Shown here in pieces: positions 39,941 to 48,333 of a DNA stretch of 56,768 bases. Source of the stretch: an uncultured Lachnospiraceae bacterium (GTDB taxonomy: Bacteria; Bacillota; Clostridia; Lachnospirales; Lachnospiraceae). Numbering within the stretch: the first letter of the stretch is position 1; every line of letters begins with the position of its first letter. The stretch is from NCBI GenBank assembly GCA_965114465.1, contig CBCOYO010000003.1:677-57444 (forward strand), read 5' to 3'. Both the position numbers and the translations under genes were made by a program. Under the pieces are notes generated by a model. The model saw nothing but the letters and a program-made list of their open reading frames with translations. It was not told the DNA's origin and searched no databases.

Positions 39941-40084
39941 GTTACTATTCACAGCTTCCAGCTGCTCATAGTAACAGCATTTGCGCATTCCAAGTTGCCT
40001 GCGGCAAGGCGCAAATGCTTGCGTAATCTACTGTACTGGATCGTAAATGCGCAGTTAATGCGCATTTCGACTGTGTATAGTAAC
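39941..40084. mobile_element. Family F element
   Basis: GTTACTATTCACAG...CTGTGTATAGTAAC. Confidence 0.85.
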
Positions 40085-40156
40085 AATATTTCCCATATTG
40101 CAGGAGGAATATATATTATTGATTCATGCATAAGGTAAGAAAAGGAGGTCTTCCAA

Positions 40157-40714
40157 ATGATGATTGGTGCTGCTTCGGGATTTTATCCCAATTATAGCGA
40201 TTATAGTAATCCATTCAGCCCACAATCAAGGATGAGTGCAGGGCAAATCGCTCCCCTGTCAGGAGGCGAACAAACAACAATCAACCCATTAACCGGCGAA
40301 GAAAAAAAGAGCGCAAATCCTGACGAAATTAAAAAAGCCGGACGACGCTCCTCTCCCGAGGAATGTCAAACCTGCAAGGAACGCAAATATCAGGACGGTT
40401 CTGACGAAGGAAATGTTTCTTTTAAAAACGCATCTCATATTTCACCGGAATCGGCTGGAGCAAAAGTTCGTGCCCATGAAGGAGAACACGTATCCAATGC
40501 TTACAAAAAAGCGGCGCAGAACAACGGCAAAGTGCTAAACGCTTCCGTATCCATACATACTTCCATCTGCCCAGAATGCGGACGCACGTATGTATCCGGC
40601 GGCGAAACCAATACCACAATTAAATATACCAATGAGGATAATCCCTATACCAAGAATAAAAAAGCGCTTGACGCTATGCAGTATGTCGGAGCGAATATTG
40701 ATTATGCGGCATAA
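40157..40714 (+). CDS. Conserved hypothetical Zn-binding protein (SprA-related-like)
   Basis: CQTC, VRAHEGEH, CPECG.TYVSGGET; strong RBS. Confidence 0.6.
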   Translation: MMIGAASGFYPNYSDYSNPFSPQSRMSAGQIAPLSGGEQTTINPLTGEEKKSANPDEIKKAGRRSSPEECQTCKERKYQDGSDEGNVSFKNASHISPESAGAKVRAHEGEHVSNAYKKAAQNNGKVLNASVSIHTSICPECGRTYVSGGETNTTIKYTNEDNPYTKNKKALDAMQYVGANIDYAA

Positions 40715-40773
40715 TAAATACTTCTTTATTATTGCTGCCTGCGTTGAGATAAGGAATTGTTAAGAACTTGTTT

Positions 40774-40864
40774 GTACTCACGAGCAGTAAATTCTACCAT
40801 AGTACTCAAGAGAATTACGCTCGTGAGTCAGCATTACTGGCAATTTTAGGTGTTTGCCAGTATA
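40774..40864. mobile_element. Family D element
   Basis: TACTCACGAGC...GCTCGTGAGT hairpin plus CTGGCAA...TTGCCAG hairpin. Confidence 0.7.
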
Positions 40865-40911
40865 TACTGCTATTTTCTGGTTTTTTTTAAATTAAACTCT
40901 TGTTTTGCAGC

Positions 40912-41448
40912 TTATCCAGTAAAAGAACTGTTTTGCTTTCTATAAGTATCGTTGTCTTTTTGGCTTAATTCACGCTCTACCTGTGCTAATTTTCGCTCTA
41001 GTTCTTTGGTTTTTTGTTCATCCCCAGAAGCGGACATAATTTCCTGCTCCAATTGTTTCTTTTTCTCTTTCAATTTCTCAATCTCTCTGTCAACCTTGTC
41101 CGTATTCGCAACACATTTCTCCTCCGGATTTTGAGAATTTTCTTCCTCTACTTTAGACTGTTTATTTTCTTTTCCATCCTTAGATTCCTCTATATCCCGC
41201 GCTTTCTTTGGATCGTCAAAAACAATCTTGCGGTTTCCATTTTCGTCCCGTTCTAGCCGATACAGACCGCTTGGTTTTTCACCTGACTTTTCACTGCTGA
41301 TATATTCATCCTGCGGCGCAGATGCCTTATCTGATTCTTTTTCCTTTTCCTCTACTTTCTTTGTTTTGTCAATCTGCTGCTCCTCTTTCAGCCTTTCTGC
41401 ATAGTCAGTTTTGACATAATTGTGGTTACCATTAATTTCCATAGACAT
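40912..41448 (-). CDS. Hypothetical charged coiled-coil protein (FlxA-like C-terminus)
   Basis: DEYISSE, NTDKVDREIEKLKEKKKQLEQ, KDNDTYRKQ. Confidence 0.6.
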   Translation of the reverse strand: MSMEINGNHNYVKTDYAERLKEEQQIDKTKKVEEKEKESDKASAPQDEYISSEKSGEKPSGLYRLERDENGNRKIVFDDPKKARDIEESKDGKENKQSKVEEENSQNPEEKCVANTDKVDREIEKLKEKKKQLEQEIMSASGDEQKTKELERKLAQVERELSQKDNDTYRKQNSSFTG

Positions 41449-41678
41449 AGATTTTACCTCCTAAATTTTGTTATCAGGCAGTTTTATTATTACAGTTAAG
41501 CCAAGCCATCACAAACGTTTTAGACAGCCTCTTAGATAAAAACAATGCTGTATTTATTCTGCCTTGCATTATCTTTTTCGACTAAGGAGTCCAACAAATA
41601 AAGTACTTTGCTGTGAGATGCATTCTAAATGCTGTGGAATGTAACTCTTATGAAATTTTAATCTTACGCTATTTATCT

Positions 41679-41816
41679 TGGAAAAGGATGGAATCGAACC
41701 ACCATCGCCCGCTCCCTAAAATTATAATTGTAATTTATATATCACTGTTGCTGTCCATTTCACATAAAACATGAAACCGATTTTTTACGGGTACTCTACC
41801 ATTGAGCTACTTTTCC
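41679..41816 (-). ncRNA. tRNA-mimic RNA with ~80-nt insert in place of the anticodon loop
   Basis: Acceptor GGAAAAG/CTTTTCC, D arm TAGCTCAATGGTAGAGT, stem CCCGT/GCGGG, T arm GGTGG-TTCGATT-CCATC; insert holds ACAGCAA. Confidence 0.8.
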
Positions 41817-41934
41817 ATATACTATTTTATAATACTAAGGGCAAAAAGATTTGCCGTTCAACTGCGCCACCTGCACGCCGCATAACGGCAGCTTTCCTTT
41901 GTGCGGCTGTGTGCATATTGTTATACTTAGGAAC

Positions 41935-42134
41935 GGGGCTTCCGCATTAAGGCAAGCGCATACAAGATAGTCTGGCAATGCGCTGGAATTTATACTGCTT
42001 AACAGTTAAAATTTCCAAGTAACCTGACTACATAACGCCAGCCATATACGTTTAACCAGTGCAGTACGGTAAATTCTGGCGTTATGTAGTATATACTATA
42101 TCTTGTATAATCAAAGCTTCATTGCAGCAGACCC
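41935..42134. mobile_element. Family A element with a family C element (41991-42093) nested at TATA
   Basis: A-type ends flank a 103-bp sequence whose inverted copy is 46208-46310. Confidence 0.78.
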
Positions 42135-42253
42135 TCATCTACCCATGCCAATATCTCCTAATACCGCCGACAACCGTCTGCACTAATTAGACAGCTATAC
42201 CACCATCCATAAGCTGCTTACACCAATTAGACAGCTATGCCGCCATAAGCTAC

Positions 42254-43738
42254 TTACGCTGATATTTTCCGATACCGTTCGCTGTTTACCACTTTCATCA
42301 TAAGTTCATAAGGTGTTGTTCCGATATTTTCCATAACATCCCGAAAAATATTTGTCGAGTATCCAGATACCAAAGAAACACTATTGTCATTTCTTGCCGC
42401 ATGGAATGTTGCATTGGCGGCGTTTACATTCCAAAATACAACCTGCGGAATGGAGTAGCCTGCCGCTTGGTATCTGCGTTTCATTTCCTCATAAAATGTA
42501 ATGCGCTGCCCTTGTATTCCTTGCACACAATCAATTTGCATATCAGATATTACGATTATCGCCATTGGCATTTCACTTGGTTTCACACCACCAGAAACTG
42601 CTGTATGAAGCAAAAGCGCAAATCCAGCTTCAAGGTTGGTACTGCCGCCCCAAGGCGCACTTTGCAAAATCCGAAAATTATCAAGCAATGTTGTGCCATT
42701 TAGCATAATATATCTTGGTGCGCTTTCGAATGTCATAAATAAATCTTTCAAACTACCTTTATTGCGCTGTGCAAAATACATTGCCAAAGCAGACGCCACA
42801 ATGCCCGGCTTTACGCTTCTATGCGCATACCTACTCCACATCGATCCAGATGTATCACACATCACAAGTACATTTCCAGTACACAAATCAGGCAGCCCAT
42901 TCCACATTACCTCTAAATCTGGCGTATATTGGTTATTTTTATGGAGTATATTAATAATATCACAAGGATTTACTGCTGCCATATTTATTTTTTCTTTTCC
43001 TATGGCAGCATTTTTCAAATAACGCTTCCACCGTAGGCTGTCGTGTGCCGCTATTGCCTTTCTGTTCTTTAATAAAAAACGGGAACTGCACTTTGCGTAT
43101 TCTATTTCATTCCAATTTCCGGCACACATTTTCGCTTCTGGAATATCAATATACCGCCGCAGCGCTCGCAGTTTTTTCTTATATTCACGCATCGTCTGAA
43201 ACGAATATCCTAATTTTTGTGCTGTCAGCAGCCCTAATTTTTTCGTTTTCTCAACAGCGGAATCTGGTGTCGCAATCCATTTTGCAAGCAGTGACACGCT
43301 TTTTCCCTGTTGCATCTGCGCAAAATCCAGTTCAAACTGTTCCTTGCAAAATGCCCACATCGCCGCTTCGGCAGGCGTGCCAATCAGGCAGTATAAATCC
43401 TTCGCATAACCAAACTCCAAAACCGCCCATAAATTTTTACTGACAGAATCCGTATTGATATACGCAAGTGCCCTTAGCATCTGTTGAAATGTACTGCGTT
43501 CCCCATAACCGCCGCGGATATCCCGTGTATAAAATAACAACTTTACTGCAATGTCCGCATCTTCCTGAAACGCCTTAGAAAACAGCAATTCCTTTTCCTC
43601 TGCCTTTGCGTTGCGCATTGCACCGGAACGTGCAAACATATCCAAGCAGTTAGAGCCTGTTACAATTTTTGCATCTGCCCCCTTCGATGTCTTTCCCCAT
43701 GACATAGATTCTATAATAGACGCTCGCAGCCGATTCAT
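42254..43738 (-). CDS. DUF2828-type protein: helical (TROVE/Ro-like) region plus vWA domain
   Basis: LFYTRDIRGGYGER, SLLAKW, MIDAS DTSGS, WGGSTNL, VISDMQ, VFWNV, LVSGYS. Confidence 0.8.
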   Translation of the reverse strand: MNRLRASIIESMSWGKTSKGADAKIVTGSNCLDMFARSGAMRNAKAEEKELLFSKAFQEDADIAVKLLFYTRDIRGGYGERSTFQQMLRALAYINTDSVSKNLWAVLEFGYAKDLYCLIGTPAEAAMWAFCKEQFELDFAQMQQGKSVSLLAKWIATPDSAVEKTKKLGLLTAQKLGYSFQTMREYKKKLRALRRYIDIPEAKMCAGNWNEIEYAKCSSRFLLKNRKAIAAHDSLRWKRYLKNAAIGKEKINMAAVNPCDIINILHKNNQYTPDLEVMWNGLPDLCTGNVLVMCDTSGSMWSRYAHRSVKPGIVASALAMYFAQRNKGSLKDLFMTFESAPRYIMLNGTTLLDNFRILQSAPWGGSTNLEAGFALLLHTAVSGGVKPSEMPMAIIVISDMQIDCVQGIQGQRITFYEEMKRRYQAAGYSIPQVVFWNVNAANATFHAARNDNSVSLVSGYSTNIFRDVMENIGTTPYELMMKVVNSERYRKISA

Positions 43739-43776
43739 AATAATACCCCTATTTTTTCTTAACAATTTTTTTGAAA

Positions 43777-43848
43777 CCGCAGGAAAGCGGATACCCTTTT
43801 TAACAATTTCAAGTTGTGTTTAGAAGGATGGATACCCATAGCCTGCGG
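43777..43848 (-). ncRNA. Short hairpin RNA sharing the terminal stem motif of the adjacent Y-like RNA
   Basis: CCGCAGG-CTAT-GGGTATCC-ATCCTTCTA...GGGTATCC-GCTTT-CCTGCGG. Confidence 0.7.
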
Positions 43849-43854
43849 CTTATA

Positions 43855-43981
43855 CCGGAAAGCAGGTTTTCTTTTTGCAGCGCCTCTGCCACTGGGCCAC
43901 GTTTGGCGAACCAAACGGTCGGAATCGAACCGACGACTCTCTGCCCTGATCATGGATAGAAGGAGGAAAACCCATAGCCGG
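43855..43981 (-). ncRNA. Circularly permuted tRNA mimic, YrlA-type Y RNA architecture
   Basis: Long terminal stem; T arm GTCGG-TTCGATT-CCGAC; acceptor hairpin CGTTTGG-TTCG-CCAAACG; D arm TGGCCCAGTGGCAGAGGC. Confidence 0.85.
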
Positions 43982-43996
43982 ATAATTTTAATAATT

Positions 43997-46132
43997 TTAT
44001 AGATATTCCGCCATTATGACATCTGTGTCATAAGGTGTAATGCCGTCTTCTTCGTCAAAAACAATATCTGCCTGCGCTTTATCATAGCACTGGATGCCTC
44101 TGGCACAGATATGCAGATAAATCAATTGATATAGATTGGTTTTATGCATATTCACCATTGCATAGCTGGCAAGTTCTACACCGGATAAATTGGATTCCAC
44201 ATTATTGCCGCCATAATGTGAATGCACTGTGCCAAGGTTTACGTCGCACCAAATTATCTGGCGTGTTAAACAGTCAAAAATCACTGGAACACAAATGCAG
44301 CTCTGTGCAGTCAGGTCAATTTTCTGCTTAACAAGCGCCGGCTCATAGATCTCACCGCTGTTCACATCATGCCGTTCCATAAATCCAAAAGCAGCGTGCC
44401 CAAGTTCCGAAAACTTCTGGCGGGTATAAGAATATACTTGATAAACAATATACCTGCCGCCGTATTTTATTACACTGTTGATATCCGTATCCAGAAACTC
44501 GCTGACCCCCTCCGCCTGATACGGGCCGCCGTCCACAATATCTCCCGAATGACACGCTTTATACTTTTCTGAACGCAGATTCGTATAGGAAACGTGTTCT
44601 AAATAATGAAAGTTTTCATCAAGGATCAATGCCGACAAATCAAGGTCAACCCGTTCGCCGCTCTCCGTATTTGTCCACCAGATAAAACCACGGATTGCCC
44701 GTGCGCCTCCCTTTATCGAGATCCGAGAACCACGAACTAATGTATGCGCCGCTTTTGACGCAGAACGCTGATTAAACGGTACAATATAGTTTTTCATTTT
44801 CTCCGACAAATAAACTTTTCCCATTGCTTCCTTCTGGGCAAATCGCTGTATCAGAGCACGCTCACAAATCGCAATAGCATGCTCACAAAGTTCCTCTTTT
44901 ATATCCACAAGCGGTTCAATAATCCGGCCGTCTGCCATATTTCCCTTTGGAAAATAATAACGCAGTGCGCCACCGTTGCGATAGCGGAAATGCTCCCGCA
45001 CTTGCAGCAGCACCGGAACGGATACCTCTGCCGCCACATCTTCCCAAGCCGAAAGTACCTGCTTATGACTCTCGGGCAATTCGTCCAACCGCAGCAAATG
45101 ATCCAGACGCCTTGCCAACTCACCAGGACGGTTTCTTAACAGTTTTAACGCACTTGTCACGTCCTTTGCTTTGATTGCATCAGCAACACTCCCCGCAAAT
45201 GTGACAATCCTTTCTCCATTGCGCAATTTCGCAAATACCCGCTTTACACGGTCATACTTACCGTCTGGATATTCGCCGGGATGCAGCCGCTCACCAAGAC
45301 GTTTAAAGATTTCCGCTCTGGCAGCCATTCCCTCCTCTAACCCTGACGCATCGTTTAACAGTCCCATCAACAGCCTGCGCACGGGTCTGGAAAAGCTGAT
45401 AAATCTTGGCGGCTCTGCTAAACTGACATCACTGTCAGAAAGTGCCGCTGCCAAACGCAGCACATCCGTTGGCGTCTTAAAATAGGGGTTCAATGCTTCC
45501 GCCAACGTTTCCGTTTTAGCAAGCGGATATTTTTCTATGTAACATTTGCCCATCCATGCTGCATTTTCCTTAATCGGAATACTATCCGGAATATACATAC
45601 AAATTCCGCCCAAATTCGCAAAGCACCATGCAATATCTTCTTTATCCTGTAGCGACAAAGAACTTTTAGCAGACAATAAATTTTGAAATAAATCTATTGC
45701 TTCCTCCCTGCTGCCCAGCGTTAATACCTGACAAGCAGCAATATCCGTTAACACTTTCCGCTCCGCTTTAAACGAAGTTGGCATCATTGTTCCATTGCTC
45801 CAATAATGCACCAACGCATTGAGATACAACCTGCCCGCCGGCGCCGCCATAACCTCCATAGGAAAATTCCGATACATGGGACGGTACTTAAGATCAGCGC
45901 CTTTGCTCTTTTTCAAAAGTTCAACCAATTCCCAACATAGCCGTCCAAGCTGTTCCGTGGAATAGCGTAAAAGTTCCTCATATAGTTCTCGCGAAAATGT
46001 ATAGCCAAGCGGTTCAATATTTTTCATTAATGTCGCCACTGAAAGGTCATTGAGTGCGTTCCTTTGCGTCATATTTTCTTTTTCTTCCATAATCCATATT
46101 TTATTTTTTCTCAATAACATCTCACATACCAT
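43997..46132 (-). CDS. Large helical protein with C-terminal TerD-like domain (possible divergent TROVE/Ro-like)
   Basis: PMYRNFP.EV, TPTDVLRLA, RPGELARRLD.LLR; TerD-like VDLDLSA...HSGD...EFLD. Confidence 0.65.
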   Translation of the reverse strand: MVCEMLLRKNKIWIMEEKENMTQRNALNDLSVATLMKNIEPLGYTFSRELYEELLRYSTEQLGRLCWELVELLKKSKGADLKYRPMYRNFPMEVMAAPAGRLYLNALVHYWSNGTMMPTSFKAERKVLTDIAACQVLTLGSREEAIDLFQNLLSAKSSLSLQDKEDIAWCFANLGGICMYIPDSIPIKENAAWMGKCYIEKYPLAKTETLAEALNPYFKTPTDVLRLAAALSDSDVSLAEPPRFISFSRPVRRLLMGLLNDASGLEEGMAARAEIFKRLGERLHPGEYPDGKYDRVKRVFAKLRNGERIVTFAGSVADAIKAKDVTSALKLLRNRPGELARRLDHLLRLDELPESHKQVLSAWEDVAAEVSVPVLLQVREHFRYRNGGALRYYFPKGNMADGRIIEPLVDIKEELCEHAIAICERALIQRFAQKEAMGKVYLSEKMKNYIVPFNQRSASKAAHTLVRGSRISIKGGARAIRGFIWWTNTESGERVDLDLSALILDENFHYLEHVSYTNLRSEKYKACHSGDIVDGGPYQAEGVSEFLDTDINSVIKYGGRYIVYQVYSYTRQKFSELGHAAFGFMERHDVNSGEIYEPALVKQKIDLTAQSCICVPVIFDCLTRQIIWCDVNLGTVHSHYGGNNVESNLSGVELASYAMVNMHKTNLYQLIYLHICARGIQCYDKAQADIVFDEEDGITPYDTDVIMAEYL

Positions 46133-46207
46133 GACTATACTCCTATCGTTGTACTTGTACCTCGTTTTGATTTAGCAAAGCGCAGTACCCGTTCTCAAGA
46201 CCCTCAC

Positions 46208-46310
46208 TATAATACATAACGCTAGAATTTACTGTTCTGTACTGGTTAAACGTACATGGCTGGCGCTATGTAGTCAGGTTACTTGGAAATTTTAACTGTT
46301 AAGCAGTATA
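46208..46310. mobile_element. Family C element (inverted relative to 41991-42093)
   Basis: 103 bp, TATA ends, ...GTCAGGTTACTTGGAAATTTTAACTGTTAAGCAGTATA. Confidence 0.85.
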
Positions 46311-46672
46311 AATTCTATACGAAGCTGCAATACTGCAATATTTTTTCTATCTCTCTAAAGAATTGTTCAGAAATTACTTGTGACAAGTACGCCGTATAAA
46401 TGTTCCTATGCAAATTACTTTGTAATCAGAAGAACATCGCAGGCATAGAAGGCAAAGGCATAAAGATCAATGCCTTATGTCAAGATTTTCTGATGCTGCA
46501 GACGGACATTTAAACAAGTAATTGTTATGCGTAATTTATTAACAATTCCTAACTGTTGATATTATCCTACCAGATTTTAGGAAGTAAATCATTTAAAAAA
46601 AGTTGCGAAGTGAAAGTTGACAAGGCGAAATTGCTAAGTTAGATTTGTTACAGAATAGTAACAATTCAGGCA

Positions 46673-46770
46673 GGGGCTGTCGCATTAAGACAAACGAATA
46701 CAAAATAGTCTAACACTGTGCTAAGATTTATACCATATCTGGTATTATCAAAGATTATTGCGACAGCCCC
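46673..46770. mobile_element. Family A element
   Basis: Perfect GGGGCTGTCGCA/TGCGACAGCCCC ends; close reverse copy of 35704-35801. Confidence 0.88.
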
Positions 46771-46934
46771 GTAATAAAATGTAATGGTTGGAGGTATCCA
46801 GCCCATCGCGAAGCGATTTCCAATGGCTGGATATGTAACAGTTCAATGGGTTATCTGAACTGTTACACGGATTAAATTATTTCAAGTAAAAGGTCAGATT
46901 TTATTATAGTAATAAAAGAACAGTTGTGATAAGA

Positions 46935-47025
46935 TATACTCACGAACGTTAAATTTCATCCTATTATTTCAGATAGTTATGCTCGTGGGCTGGCGTAATG
47001 AGCAAATCGAAGCGTTCGCCAGTAT
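46935..47025. mobile_element. Family D element
   Basis: Homologous to 40774-40864. Confidence 0.65.
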
Positions 47026-47057
47026 CATAGAAAATGCAGACAGGAGAATACAACAAT

Positions 47058-47621
47058 ATGGCAGCTAAAATAAAGCTTCCTATGGGAATTGAAAATTTTG
47101 AGGAAATCCGTACAATGGGATATTACTATATTGATAAAACAAAGCTTATTTGCGATCTATTAGAAAATTTAGGAAAAGTAACACTCTTTACCCGTCCAAG
47201 ACGTTTTGGGAAAACTTTAAATATTAGTATGCTAAAATACTTTTTTGAAATCGGAACAAATCCGTCCCTTTTTGATGGTCTTGCAGTTTCCCAAGAAAAA
47301 GAACTTTGCGCACAATATATGGGAAAATTCCCTGTTCTTACGATTCGTTTAAAAGATGTAAGCGGTTTCCATTTTAATACTGCCAAAAGAAAACTGCGCA
47401 GCATTATCGGGACGGAAGCACTCCGCTTCCAATTTCTTACGCAAAGCGCAGCCTTAACAGAAACCGAACGACAGCAGTATCAAAAAATCATTTCCTTAAA
47501 CGAAAATGGCGAATATGCAATGTCGGATGGGCTTTTAGAAGACAGTCTGTTGATTTATGAAAACCATATACTGCTACGGCATAGCCTGCTTCAAAAACGC
47601 TGTAAAGTCGTATTCCAATAG
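47058..47621 (+). pseudogene. Truncated AAA-ATPase-like gene (N-terminal part only)
   Basis: LPMGIENFEEIR..YYYIDKT, TRPRRFGKTLN; ends before the IDEYD Walker B seen in paralog 49676-51412. Confidence 0.8.
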
Positions 47622-47667
47622 CCCCAAAGCATAGAAACTATTATAAAATACGGAAAGGAAGCCCCAA

Positions 47668-48297
47668 ATGTTACCCACCATAAAAGAAGCTATTAAGGAA
47701 TTAGAAACCGCCGGTCAAATGAACCCAGGCCCATGGACAAAGCACTCTTTCAATGTCGGCACTGCGGCAAGAAATATTGCAGAAAAAATTCCCGAACTTA
47801 ACCCTGAAAAAGCCTATATTCTTGGACTGCTTCACGATATCGGTAGACGTGTAGGAATTGTCAATATTCCCAAACACGTATATGAGGGCTATCAATATTG
47901 CATGAAACAAGGATGGGAGGAAGCTGCCAAAATATGTATGACACACTCCTATGTTCTAATGCAGGAGGAATTTGACTATGAACCAGATACCATTGAGGAA
48001 ATCGAAATCAAACGTTTCCTTTGCAACTGCCAGTTGGATGACTATGACAGATTAATACAAATGTGCGACGCACTGGCTACGGATTACGGATTTGTAATTT
48101 TAGAAAAACGATTTGTTGATGTTACACGCCGATATGGTATTTTGGAACATTATATTAAAGGCTGGGACACAACATTTGAAACAAAAGAACGTTTCGAGGA
48201 AAAAATGGGCTGTTCCATTTATGATGTTTTACCCGATATCGGCAGAACAACACTGTTAACGCCTAAACCATGGACACCACCTATTTCAGCACAGTAA
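47668..48297 (+). CDS. HD-domain phosphohydrolase
   Basis: WTKHS, GLLHDIGRR, H..EGY, ICMTHS, CDALA. Confidence 0.9.
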   Translation: MLPTIKEAIKELETAGQMNPGPWTKHSFNVGTAARNIAEKIPELNPEKAYILGLLHDIGRRVGIVNIPKHVYEGYQYCMKQGWEEAAKICMTHSYVLMQEEFDYEPDTIEEIEIKRFLCNCQLDDYDRLIQMCDALATDYGFVILEKRFVDVTRRYGILEHYIKGWDTTFETKERFEEKMGCSIYDVLPDIGRTTLLTPKPWTPPISAQ

Positions 48298-48333
48298 AAG
48301 TTTTATTATTGCCACCAAAACACAACAAGCTGT

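Noticed and set aside
41679-41816. Ordinary tRNA, intron-containing tRNA or tmRNA
   Set aside because: No 7-nt anticodon loop, insert too short for a self-splicing intron, no tag ORF or alanine G3-U70 identity
42181-42256. Imperfect ~40-bp tandem duplication after the DUF2828 stop
   Set aside because: Two copies only, no spacer structure; likely local slippage
43759-44002. Short ORFs 43759-43953 and 43814-44002
   Set aside because: They overlap the structured RNAs, lack an RBS and show no protein-like features
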